DNA of 64,000 nucleotides from a virus (lineage: Duplodnaviria; Heunggongvirae; Uroviricota; Caudoviricetes; Ackermannviridae), in IMG/VR virus record IMGVR_UViG_2974514734_000001, positions 32,683 to 96,682 of that record; one strand, written 5' to 3'. Each line of letters opens with the position of its first letter. Positions within the stretch are counted from its first letter, which is position 1. Below the pieces are notes generated by a model. That model was not told the DNA's origin. It was given only the letters and a program-made list of their open reading frames with translations, and did not search any database. This document shows, piece by piece, positions 43,721 through 52,157 of this stretch. A program made the translations under genes and the position numbers.

Positions 43721-46108
43721 ATGGCCATCCAATCTTTCTTAAATTTCCTTGACGAGTCCAAACAATTGGACGAAGCGTTTAACTCCGCTCCATACGAATT
43801 GACTTTCGGCAAGAAAAATGCTGGTGACATTTTCTTCACGTTCGTAGACGAAGATGAAAAAGAATTCCGCATCCAATTTTATACCCCGCAGGGGCTGGGC
43901 AAGAACGTTCGTCAGGTCTTCATAGGCCAGAAACGTGGTTCAACCTATCCAGACGCAATCGGTCGTTTCAAAAACCCAATGCGTGTCATCGCATCCATGA
44001 TCGAAGCGACTAAACAATTCATGGCGACACCGCTGGGTAAAACCATTGATGGGTTTGCGATTAACTTCTCCAAGAAAGCTCTAGAACGCGGAACGACGTT
44101 ACTCCCAAAAATTATTCGTCAATCTGGTCTGAAGCAGAAACTCAACGTCATGGATCTGACTTATACCCCAATCCCTGACCGTGCCTTCGTATGGGTTGTA
44201 CGCAAAGGCAAGGATCCTGCTCAGGTATTCGATGGTCCGAAAATGAAAGGCGTGACTTGGGACGACCCAGACAAAGTCGGTGACGTTCCTGACCAGGCTG
44301 CTCGTGACGCCGCACTACAAGGTGACATGGATGATTTGAGCCAAGCCATAAATGCCGATTCTCGCTGGATTCTGACCAAGGCTGATCATACTCAGCCTAT
44401 GCTGGTCTGGTCTGGTAAAGAACGTGGGCGGACTATTACCGCCAATATCGCACCTCACGCGAATGAACCTGGTGTGTATGCTGGTAGTATCATGAACGAG
44501 AAACGGATCCGCGCTCAATCCCCAGACGCTATTGTACGCCAACTGGGATTACCGCAGATCCCTGTGAATATTCTGAATGATTTCACCAAGCAGTCGTCCA
44601 TCTTCTGGAAAGAGATGACGGGAGATTCTGGAAAAATAGACATGCAGACTTTGCCAAAAACAGGATCTGTGGATGACTTACGAAATCAGGGTTATATTGC
44701 TCGCCTTCTGGGGATTGTAGACACATATGCTCCACAACAGGTCGGTATGTATGCAGGTGAAAAACTAACACGAATCGGCGCGGGCAAATATCGTACTTCG
44801 GGTGGTCTGGACATTCAGGTTTATTTCTGGGGAATTGTCAACGGAAAACTTTCTGTAGAAGTAGTATCAGATTTGTCTGGTCATTACCAACTTATGCTGG
44901 AAGGAGACGTGAAAAACGCCGCTTATGAAATAGTGGGCGCAATCTCCCGTGCAGCCGATTCTCAATTTGCGGGAGAAGTAGAATGCCGTGTGGTTCCTAT
45001 CAATGGTGCCCCATATCCGATTCAAAAAATTTCCCGTTCTCAGGGATATTCTTACGTTGATTGTGGTTCTTTCACATTGAAGATCGCTGACGCTCTGCTG
45101 AATCGGTTTACCTTGGGCAAGGCGGTCAAACTTGATCTGATGAAAGAGTTTCCTCGTACAACATTCAAAGTCCGCTATGATTGGCGTGGAAAAGATACTC
45201 TGTTGGTTCAATCTTCCGACGAGCGTACTATCTTTGGTGAAATCAACACCAATTCCAGTGAAAATGCAGTGATCACTGCAAACATCAAAGTACCAAGCAA
45301 CGCTAAATTTTTTGGTGAAACCGTTCATGGCTTCTCTGTAGCGTGGGATTTCCAGTTCCCTGCTGGTAGCAAGTTGCAAGCCGCAAGATTCGTTACCAAC
45401 GTAACTTACGATTTTGATCGAAATAAAGCCAACATCACCACCATGTTGACTGAAAATGGTCGAAATGTGGTAGACAGCAATGGATATGATATTTCGTTGT
45501 CTGTCAAATCAGTGCAAGATGCATTGGATGAGATTTCTCGACGCCTGAAAGACGCGGCTTCGCAACTGAGCCATCTCAGTTCATCAAACTATAACCCTAA
45601 CAATCTGTTCCTGAATGACATCACTGTCAGTAAATTTGGCGCGATTATGTTCCAAGACAAAGATTTGGCACAGTCCAGGAACCGCACGGCAGTCATTGAT
45701 GCTTTGGCTCGGGCTAAAGATCAGGCTGCTGGAGGTAAGAATGCAGGTGATCTGGCCACCTATGCCGAATCCATTCGTGACAGCGCTCCTAATGGACGAG
45801 ATCTGGATTGGCAGGTATACACAGCCAGTAATGGTACAGTTCTGAATGTTGCTTGGGATATCACTTTCCGTCGCAATACGACCGAAGGAGCATATCGTGA
45901 ATTCAAGGATCAGATCAACCGTGCCAACCAATACCTGCAAACGGTATACAACGACGCGAAATCTAAAGGCTATAATCCTACCGAGCCAAATCTCATGACT
46001 CTTGAACGCGCTCGCCAATCCGACGAATGGGCTATGAGTAATGGTGATAGTGCATACAGTGAATATGAACAATCGCTGGGTGGTAATCTTCAGATTAGTC
46101 TGAAATAA
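43721..46108 (+). CDS. large hypothetical protein (795 aa) with Alt-like N-terminal prohead-protease cleavage motif (possible packaged internal/injected protein)
   Basis: N-terminus MAIQSFLNFLDE|S resembles T4 Alt MELITELFDE|D and the gp21 (L/I)xE cleavage consensus. Confidence 0.45.
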   Translation: MAIQSFLNFLDESKQLDEAFNSAPYELTFGKKNAGDIFFTFVDEDEKEFRIQFYTPQGLGKNVRQVFIGQKRGSTYPDAIGRFKNPMRVIASMIEATKQFMATPLGKTIDGFAINFSKKALERGTTLLPKIIRQSGLKQKLNVMDLTYTPIPDRAFVWVVRKGKDPAQVFDGPKMKGVTWDDPDKVGDVPDQAARDAALQGDMDDLSQAINADSRWILTKADHTQPMLVWSGKERGRTITANIAPHANEPGVYAGSIMNEKRIRAQSPDAIVRQLGLPQIPVNILNDFTKQSSIFWKEMTGDSGKIDMQTLPKTGSVDDLRNQGYIARLLGIVDTYAPQQVGMYAGEKLTRIGAGKYRTSGGLDIQVYFWGIVNGKLSVEVVSDLSGHYQLMLEGDVKNAAYEIVGAISRAADSQFAGEVECRVVPINGAPYPIQKISRSQGYSYVDCGSFTLKIADALLNRFTLGKAVKLDLMKEFPRTTFKVRYDWRGKDTLLVQSSDERTIFGEINTNSSENAVITANIKVPSNAKFFGETVHGFSVAWDFQFPAGSKLQAARFVTNVTYDFDRNKANITTMLTENGRNVVDSNGYDISLSVKSVQDALDEISRRLKDAASQLSHLSSSNYNPNNLFLNDITVSKFGAIMFQDKDLAQSRNRTAVIDALARAKDQAAGGKNAGDLATYAESIRDSAPNGRDLDWQVYTASNGTVLNVAWDITFRRNTTEGAYREFKDQINRANQYLQTVYNDAKSKGYNPTEPNLMTLERARQSDEWAMSNGDSAYSEYEQSLGGNLQISLK

Positions 46109-46112
46109 GTCA

Positions 46113-46133
46113 TAGCCCCTTCGGGGGCTAAAT
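46113..46133 (+). other. UUCG-tetraloop hairpin AGCCCCttcgGGGGCT followed by CTAAATA
   Basis: Read directly; no U-run. Confidence 0.35.
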
Positions 46134-46159
46134 ACATCAAAATCCTTAGGAGATCCACG

Positions 46160-46729
46160 ATGAAACCGTTTATCGAATATTTTAAAGAACAAGCTCAACA
46201 ACCGCAAACTCATGGCGGCATACAAGGCAAAAGTGTAACCATCACCAAACAGGCCGACGGAACCCAATGGTGTACTGGTGCCACCGTAACCCAGATCACT
46301 CCAGATAATCAGGCCGACATCTATAATCTGGAATTGACTAACGGCAACACCACCAAAGTAAAACTCACACCGGACCAGGTTCATGCGGTTTCTGTGGGCA
46401 AAGATGTTGTTGCCGTTCATGACGGTTTTGAGTTCTTCTTTGGGAAAGATGCCAGCAAAGGTCAGGTCACAGAATCCTATGCCCAAGAATTGGCGAACAT
46501 GGATAAGATGATCGGTAAAGCGCTGGGCGTTGGCAAATCTCGTAAAAGCGGTCGTACAGAGTTTGAATATTCCGGTATTCCTGGTATTGGAAAACCTGTC
46601 GCAATCGACTTCGGCGGAGAAGACGATCCATATGTAATTGTCACAGTCGCTGGCAAACAGCATGACATCAGTAAGGGGAAAACCCTAGCTGCGGACATTG
46701 CCAAATATATTGGCGTTAAACCTGTCTAA
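46160..46729 (+). CDS. hypothetical protein (189 aa)
   Basis: AGGAGA RBS. Confidence 0.45.
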   Translation: MKPFIEYFKEQAQQPQTHGGIQGKSVTITKQADGTQWCTGATVTQITPDNQADIYNLELTNGNTTKVKLTPDQVHAVSVGKDVVAVHDGFEFFFGKDASKGQVTESYAQELANMDKMIGKALGVGKSRKSGRTEFEYSGIPGIGKPVAIDFGGEDDPYVIVTVAGKQHDISKGKTLAADIAKYIGVKPV

Positions 46730-46738
46730 GGAGGTTGT

Positions 46739-46981
46739 ATGAAAGGATTCCAGGACTTCCTCTTGAAGGAAGCAAAGGTTGACCATCGCCGCCTTGGGCA
46801 GCAGGGCATGTACGACATCACGGATGTTGGTCGTCCAACCAAAGGCGAGCTGATCGATTACTACAATCGCAACGGTGATAAGCGGCAGGGGAAAGTGAAG
46901 TCCGTGAACGCGCAAGACATCATGACCCTGACAGACACCGACACGGGTGAAACCGTCAAGATGACTCTGGTCAAGCCGTGA
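46739..46981 (+). CDS. hypothetical protein (80 aa)
   Basis: AAGGAGG RBS. Confidence 0.45.
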   Translation: MKGFQDFLLKEAKVDHRRLGQQGMYDITDVGRPTKGELIDYYNRNGDKRQGKVKSVNAQDIMTLTDTDTGETVKMTLVKP

Positions 46982-46986
46982 TTACA

Positions 46987-47015
46987 ATCCCCCTAAATAC
47001 AGGGGGATTTTCTTT
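46987..47015 (+). terminator. terminator ATCCCCCTaaatacaGGGGGAT plus TTTCTTTTT; loop contains CTAAATA
   Basis: 8-bp stem, T-run. Confidence 0.55.
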
Positions 47016-47030
47016 TTAGGGGTAAATATC

Positions 47031-47384
47031 ATGGTCAATGCGAGTATATTCATCAACCGTGGACTGCTTGCTATAGCCCACTCTCATGCCCTCCACTTCG
47101 TTACAACGTCCTATGCCAAGCACAAGGCACTCGGGGAGTTCTACGGGGAACTGGAGGACTTGCTAGACACCTTTACGGAAGCGTATATTGGTGCGGGTGG
47201 TATATACATTCCAGGATTCGAGAACATCAAATTATACAATCCTGAACCGATATCGTATATCAACAGCGTGGTCATCGACGTTAATGGGATCTACAATCAG
47301 TGTGATAGCCATTTACAAAACACGCTTGACGAAATCAAAACTTTGTGCTATCAAACGATTTACAAACTGAAGCAATTGTCCTAA
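47031..47384 (+). CDS. hypothetical protein (117 aa)
   Basis: ORF. Confidence 0.4.
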   Translation: MVNASIFINRGLLAIAHSHALHFVTTSYAKHKALGEFYGELEDLLDTFTEAYIGAGGIYIPGFENIKLYNPEPISYINSVVIDVNGIYNQCDSHLQNTLDEIKTLCYQTIYKLKQLS

Positions 47385-47447
47385 CTCAATAGGATCATCA
47401 TCAGGTTATAATTTTGCCCATTCGTCATCAATAGGATACAGATAACA

Positions 47448-48065
47448 ATGGGCAAAATCTTTATACCTTCTCACTCAGAAGGTAGTCAAATCGCTGCAAA
47501 ATTTCTACACAAACAAATGAATTGTGGTGCTGTGTTCGTAGAACCAAATTCATTCGATAATCGTGAATCCCCTGACGCCATCGGGTTCAGACCTGGGGGT
47601 TGTTCTATATTAATGGAAGTTAAAGTCTCCCGCGCCGACTTCCTGACAGACAAAAAGAAACCTCATCGCATGAATCCTTCCATAGGCATGGGAGCATATC
47701 GTTTCTATGTTTGCCCAGCAGATGTTATTAAAATTGAAGACCTCCCTCCCAAGTGGGGTTTGTTGTACTTCACCCCTAGAAAATCTTTGAAGCCCGTTCA
47801 CGTTCCGAATATGCAATATTCCTCTTTGTCTTCACCGGAACATTATGCATCATATTTGTCTAAATCTTTGGGCAAAAGAAGACATACAGATATCCCTCCT
47901 TATCTATTAGGGTACAAACAGATGCTGGAAGAATTCGCCCACTTTGAACGCAATCAGGTTGCGGAACAAAATATTCTGTATGGGGCTTGGCGACAGCTTT
48001 GCATAGCTCAAAGTCGCGGGGTGGATTATAATGTGACAGAAGTGTTCCAGAGGCCAAATATCTAA
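47448..48065 (+). CDS. hypothetical protein, possible PD-(D/E)xK nuclease fold
   Basis: …SPDAIGFRPGGCSILMEVKVSRAD… (D…E-x-K-like); weak. Confidence 0.3.
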   Translation: MGKIFIPSHSEGSQIAAKFLHKQMNCGAVFVEPNSFDNRESPDAIGFRPGGCSILMEVKVSRADFLTDKKKPHRMNPSIGMGAYRFYVCPADVIKIEDLPPKWGLLYFTPRKSLKPVHVPNMQYSSLSSPEHYASYLSKSLGKRRHTDIPPYLLGYKQMLEEFAHFERNQVAEQNILYGAWRQLCIAQSRGVDYNVTEVFQRPNI

Positions 48066-49129
48066 TGAAATTCTTGGACGAACAATACATCAATTTTCTC
48101 GCCCCCCGACTTGATAAATTCAGTTGGGAACGTGTTGGCGCTGTCGCCAAATTTCGTTGCCCATTATGTGGGGATTCTAAGAAGAGTGCCAACAAGCGTC
48201 GTGGTCACTTCTTTTATGATCGTGATGACGATGTGTTTCGTTTCAAGTGCCACAACTGTAATGAAATGAGCGGTTGGGCGTTTGAATTCTGGTTGAAGAA
48301 GTTTGACGAGCGTCTGTATAATGAATACAACCTTGAAAAATTCAGGATCATGGGGGATACCAGTTCCCGCCCGTTACAAAAACTCAAACCACTACAGCGC
48401 CTGACCCAGACAGCGCGTATCGGTTCTCAGGTCGCCAAACGGGATGAAGAGCACCTTGGGAATATGATACGCCTTGATCTTCTTGACCGTGATCATATCG
48501 CCCGTCGTTACGTTGAAGGCAGGGGAATGCCGGAGAGCACGTTATCTTTGTTGTATTACAGCAGGAATTTTCGTCAAGATCTTCTGAGTTTCGAAACGGA
48601 TGTTGAGAAGCAAAAGAAGATACCCGAAGATGAGCGGCTGGTAATCCCATTCTGGACCCAAGACGGGCGCATGAAGATAGTTCAGGGGCGCGCATTCGGC
48701 GATAACCTTCCTGATGGGGTATTACGGTATGCCACTGTCAAGCCTAAGAACGAAGATACTAAGATCTACGGGGAAGAGCGCATCATTTGGAACAAAACAA
48801 AGTTGGTAGTAGAAGGTCCAATTGATAGCTTGTTTCTACCCAATTGTCTTGCGACTGCCGATGCCGACTTATTAAGTGCTAAGGGAGACATCTATATCCC
48901 CGATAACCAATACAGGAACAAACAAGTTTGTGACGGTATACAGAAGATGATAGACAGCGGAGTCAAAGTCGTTCTGTTTCCACCGGAAATACCGTGGAAG
49001 GATATCAATGATATGGTTCGCCCCGACAAGGGAAATATCCCGATACGTGATCTGCTTCAGATCATAGCCAAGAACGTATATCAGGGACTGTCGGCGTCCT
49101 TACGATTTTCTGACTTGAGGAAGATATGA
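48065..49129 (+). CDS. 61: DNA primase gp61
   Basis: FRCPLCGDSKKSANKRRGHFFYD zinc ribbon; EGPIDSLF and INDMVR match T4 gp61 RFRCPVCGDSK…EGPIDSLF…VNDMIR. Confidence 0.85.
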   Translation: MKFLDEQYINFLAPRLDKFSWERVGAVAKFRCPLCGDSKKSANKRRGHFFYDRDDDVFRFKCHNCNEMSGWAFEFWLKKFDERLYNEYNLEKFRIMGDTSSRPLQKLKPLQRLTQTARIGSQVAKRDEEHLGNMIRLDLLDRDHIARRYVEGRGMPESTLSLLYYSRNFRQDLLSFETDVEKQKKIPEDERLVIPFWTQDGRMKIVQGRAFGDNLPDGVLRYATVKPKNEDTKIYGEERIIWNKTKLVVEGPIDSLFLPNCLATADADLLSAKGDIYIPDNQYRNKQVCDGIQKMIDSGVKVVLFPPEIPWKDINDMVRPDKGNIPIRDLLQIIAKNVYQGLSASLRFSDLRKI

Positions 49130-49335
49130 TGGATTTAAAAGAACTGAATAGTATGGACGATGAAGAGATTCTTCGCGGGTATATGCAAGCCCGTGAAGGA
49201 TATGTCCTATCTGGTTTAGAATCTAAGAGTTTCATCCATGGTTGGAGGAACGGAATGGTGGACTTCGGCGGTTGTCCTATCACTGAAGAACAAATGAATT
49301 TGGCTCGCCAGTATTTGAAAAAGAAGCCGACCTAA
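49126..49335 (+). CDS. hypothetical protein (69 aa)
   Basis: ATGATG overlap with the primase stop. Confidence 0.4.
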   Translation: MMDLKELNSMDDEEILRGYMQAREGYVLSGLESKSFIHGWRNGMVDFGGCPITEEQMNLARQYLKKKPT

Positions 49336-49363
49336 AACTTTTTAACTCAAAAACCTTCTCTCT

Positions 49364-49388
49364 AGGCCTCATTCTACGAGGCCTTTTA
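49364..49388 (+). terminator. terminator AGGCCTCattctacGAGGCCT plus TTTAAAA
   Basis: 7-bp stem. Confidence 0.5.
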
Positions 49389-49427
49389 AAATACTTCAAA
49401 AATAATTTAAAAATTTATTGAAAAAGA

Positions 49428-49457
49428 CTTTACTCTTCAATAATCATGCACTATTAT
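49428..49457 (+). promoter_or_regulatory. early promoter CTTTAC (49428-49433), 18 bp, TATTAT (49452-49457), preceded by an A/T-rich UP-like tract and containing TCTTCAATAAT
   Basis: Read directly. Confidence 0.5.
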
Positions 49458-49534
49458 AGTTCACATAGGGCGGTACACAACACCCCGCCGAATGAAAAGT
49501 GAAACGACCCAACTACATTATGAGGAATTACATC

Positions 49535-50023
49535 ATGGCTACTACCAAAACTCTGATCACCAACGGCACCATCTCTTTTGAACTGAACACCGAAGTTGCA
49601 AAAGTTGAAATGTTCCGCATCGCTCAGGCAGCTGGCTTCACTGGTGGCAAAACTTCCTTCATGAATCTGCTGAACGGCAAAGTGAAAGCGACCAACGGCT
49701 TCACCCTGGTAGAGCAGGTTGTCGTAGACAAAGCCGTGGTTGCCAAGACTGCTGACAAGGTTGGCATGCTGAAAGACCTGGGCCATGACATCCACGTTGT
49801 CGAAGCGAACACCGAAACTTACGGCACCATCGTAGTCGGTAAAGGTCGCATTCAGCTGAACCCGCTGAACAACGGAACCTTCTCCGTGATGGTATTCCCG
49901 AAAAAGGGTTATGACAACAGCGATATCGTGAAAGCCGCTGGCGGTGAAGCGAAATCCCAGTATGTCAAAATGGGTAAACTGAGCGCCGACGCAGTAGAAA
50001 CTCTGGTGAACAAACTGGCTTAA
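49535..50023 (+). CDS. hypothetical protein (162 aa; A/K/V/G/T-rich), probably a highly expressed early gene
   Basis: GAGGAA RBS; 5'UTR hairpin GGGCGG…CCCGCC; bracketed by terminators. Confidence 0.5.
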   Translation: MATTKTLITNGTISFELNTEVAKVEMFRIAQAAGFTGGKTSFMNLLNGKVKATNGFTLVEQVVVDKAVVAKTADKVGMLKDLGHDIHVVEANTETYGTIVVGKGRIQLNPLNNGTFSVMVFPKKGYDNSDIVKAAGGEAKSQYVKMGKLSADAVETLVNKLA

Positions 50024-50026
50024 CCG

Positions 50027-50058
50027 CAAGGGGGAAACCTCCCCCTTTCAAAGTTTTG
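50027..50058 (+). terminator. terminator AAGGGGGAaaccTCCCCCTT plus TCAAAGTTTT
   Basis: 8-bp stem. Confidence 0.6.
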
Positions 50059-50073
50059 GTAGGAGAATGAGAC

Positions 50074-50262
50074 ATGAGTAGAGCAATTATCCAAGCCTCT
50101 CCTGGCGCTCTATGGGTTGCCGACCGAATTCCCAACGCGCACTTTCCTCAGTTCCAAGAGGAACTGGAACAAGCGATGTTGAAAATATTTGAAAAATATG
50201 GGTATGATTCCGAAGTTAGGACTTCCTTCAAAGAAATCATGCCTGTCGTCGTAGTCAGATAA
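50074..50262 (+). CDS. hypothetical protein (62 aa)
   Basis: AGGAGA RBS. Confidence 0.4.
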   Translation: MSRAIIQASPGALWVADRIPNAHFPQFQEELEQAMLKIFEKYGYDSEVRTSFKEIMPVVVVR

Positions 50263-50331
50263 TCGACACTAAATCCTCAAGTTCGACTTTCACTTTAAAT
50301 ACCTTCGCATACATTGCGGAGGTATTTTCTT

Positions 50332-51126
50332 ATGGCCATTCTAAAACTTGGCAACCGAGGTTCTGAAGTCAAAGCACTTCAACAAAGCCTCAACAAAATC
50401 GGTTTTTCTCTTACAGCCGATGGCATATTTGGTAAAGCAACAGAGAATGCTGTCAAATCCGTTCAGGCAGGTGCTGGATTGGTTATTGATGGTATTGCTG
50501 GGCCAAAGACCTTCTATGCTATCCGCAACGCTGGAGACGCTCATCAGGAACATCTGACCGAAGCGGACTTGGTTGACGCAGCACGTGAACTTGGTGTTGA
50601 GCTGGCCAGTATGAAAGCGGTGAACCAGGTAGAATCCCGTGGCATGGGTTTTACCAAAACTGGCAAGATCAAAACTCTGTTTGAGCGCCACATCATGTAC
50701 AAAAAGGTGACGGCCAAATTCGGGCAAGCAAGAGCCAATGCTCTGTACCAACTCTACCCAACATTGGTTAACCCCAATTCTGGCGGGTATATCGGCGGAG
50801 ACGCGGAGTTGGAACGCCTTCAGGGTGCAATCGCCCTTGACGAGGACTGCGCTTACGAGAGTGCTTCCTACGGCCTATTCCAGATCATGGGGTTCAACTG
50901 CCAAATCTGTGGCTATTCAAATGCCAAAGAGATGTTCACTGATTTCCTGACTGGTGAACGCGCTCATCTTCTGGCATTTGTGAAATTCATCAAAGCTGAC
51001 GCCAATATGTGGAAAGCCCTGAAGAATAAGAATTGGGCCGAGTTTGCTCGTCGGTACAATGGTCCGGCATATGCGAAAAACCAGTATGATACTAAACTGG
51101 CGGCAGCATACAAGAGTTTCTGCTAA
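50332..51126 (+). CDS. endolysin: N-terminal peptidoglycan-binding domain plus C-terminal N-acetylmuramidase-like (DUF3380-type) domain
   Basis: LKLGNRGSEVKALQQSLNKIGF…DGIFGKATENAVKSVQ (PG_binding_1-like); C-terminal YGLFQIMGFN…YNGPAY..NQYDTKL. Confidence 0.65.
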   Translation: MAILKLGNRGSEVKALQQSLNKIGFSLTADGIFGKATENAVKSVQAGAGLVIDGIAGPKTFYAIRNAGDAHQEHLTEADLVDAARELGVELASMKAVNQVESRGMGFTKTGKIKTLFERHIMYKKVTAKFGQARANALYQLYPTLVNPNSGGYIGGDAELERLQGAIALDEDCAYESASYGLFQIMGFNCQICGYSNAKEMFTDFLTGERAHLLAFVKFIKADANMWKALKNKNWAEFARRYNGPAYAKNQYDTKLAAAYKSFC

Positions 51127-51131
51127 TTCTC

Positions 51132-51158
51132 AAGGCCGGAAACGGCCTTTTTCTTTAT
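51132..51158 (+). terminator. terminator AAGGCCGgaaaCGGCCTT plus TTTCTTTAT
   Basis: 7-bp stem, T-run. Confidence 0.6.
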
Positions 51159-51233
51159 CTGATATACAGGTATGCTGGGCGTGTCGCTTAATTAAAGGTG
51201 TCGACAACCCCTGTAGATATAGGAAGGTTCAAC

Positions 51234-52073
51234 ATGCAATCTGCGTCTAAAGTTGTATCCATGAAGCCAGCGAAGACAAAATCTGCTCGTAAGAAAGACA
51301 CCATCCAGAAGGAAGAAGACTGGATGAAGTTTTCCAAAGGCGATTTCAAAATTGCTCCGTTCAATGGCCTCTCAGAAAATCAGAACCTCGCATATCAATC
51401 CGCACTCAATGAACATCTCACTATCGCAATCGGTCCGGCAGGTACAGGCAAATCCTATTGCGGTGCATCTGCTGCAGCAAAACATCTGATAGACAAAACA
51501 ATCAACAAGATCATCATCACACGTTCTCCTTTACCGACCGGAACCACAGCGGGGTTCCGGCCTGGTGACACATATGAAAAGTTGATGCCTTATTTGATGC
51601 CGCTCATACAGACATTCAAAAAGGTTCTCAAAACAGATACGGGTTCCGACGGTTTCTTCAACTATCTGTGGGAGAAACGCATCATAGAAATTCAAGACCT
51701 TGAAACTGTAAAAGGGATGACTTTCGATGATTGTTTCCTGATTATCGAAGAGGCGCAGGAATGCGATATGGAGCAGCTGAAGAACTTACTGACCCGTGCT
51801 TCAGATTCTTCGTACATCTTCGTGAATGGAGATATCAAACAGTCTAACAAGAGACTGCGTGATAGTGCGTTACAGACGTATGTGGATTCCTTTAAAGACT
51901 TCAACAACAAGCTGGAAACAGGTTCCTTGCAAATTGACGGCGTAGAAATCGGAGATGAATATCCAGAGTGGGTTCAACCATTCAGCATCATCGAATTCGA
52001 TAAGTCTGATCGTAATGGTCGCGGCAACTTCACCCGCCTAATGTTAGAAATTAACGACCTGTACAACATTTAA
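51234..52073 (+). CDS. phoH: PhoH-like ATPase
   Basis: Walker A IGPAGTGKS; PhoH-type architecture. Confidence 0.7.
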   Translation: MQSASKVVSMKPAKTKSARKKDTIQKEEDWMKFSKGDFKIAPFNGLSENQNLAYQSALNEHLTIAIGPAGTGKSYCGASAAAKHLIDKTINKIIITRSPLPTGTTAGFRPGDTYEKLMPYLMPLIQTFKKVLKTDTGSDGFFNYLWEKRIIEIQDLETVKGMTFDDCFLIIEEAQECDMEQLKNLLTRASDSSYIFVNGDIKQSNKRLRDSALQTYVDSFKDFNNKLETGSLQIDGVEIGDEYPEWVQPFSIIEFDKSDRNGRGNFTRLMLEINDLYNI

Positions 52074-52157
52074 ATACCACACGAACTTCCCCACCGCCTT
52101 CAATCCATGGAGGCGGTGTATAATAACAGCCTGCATAAACACAAACCGAGGATCGCT

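Noticed and set aside
43721-46108. 795-aa protein as an Alt ADP-ribosyltransferase ortholog
   Set aside because: Only the N-terminal cleavage/targeting motif resembles Alt. I could not find an R…S-T-S…E-x-E triad in the body, so only the packaging hint is retained.
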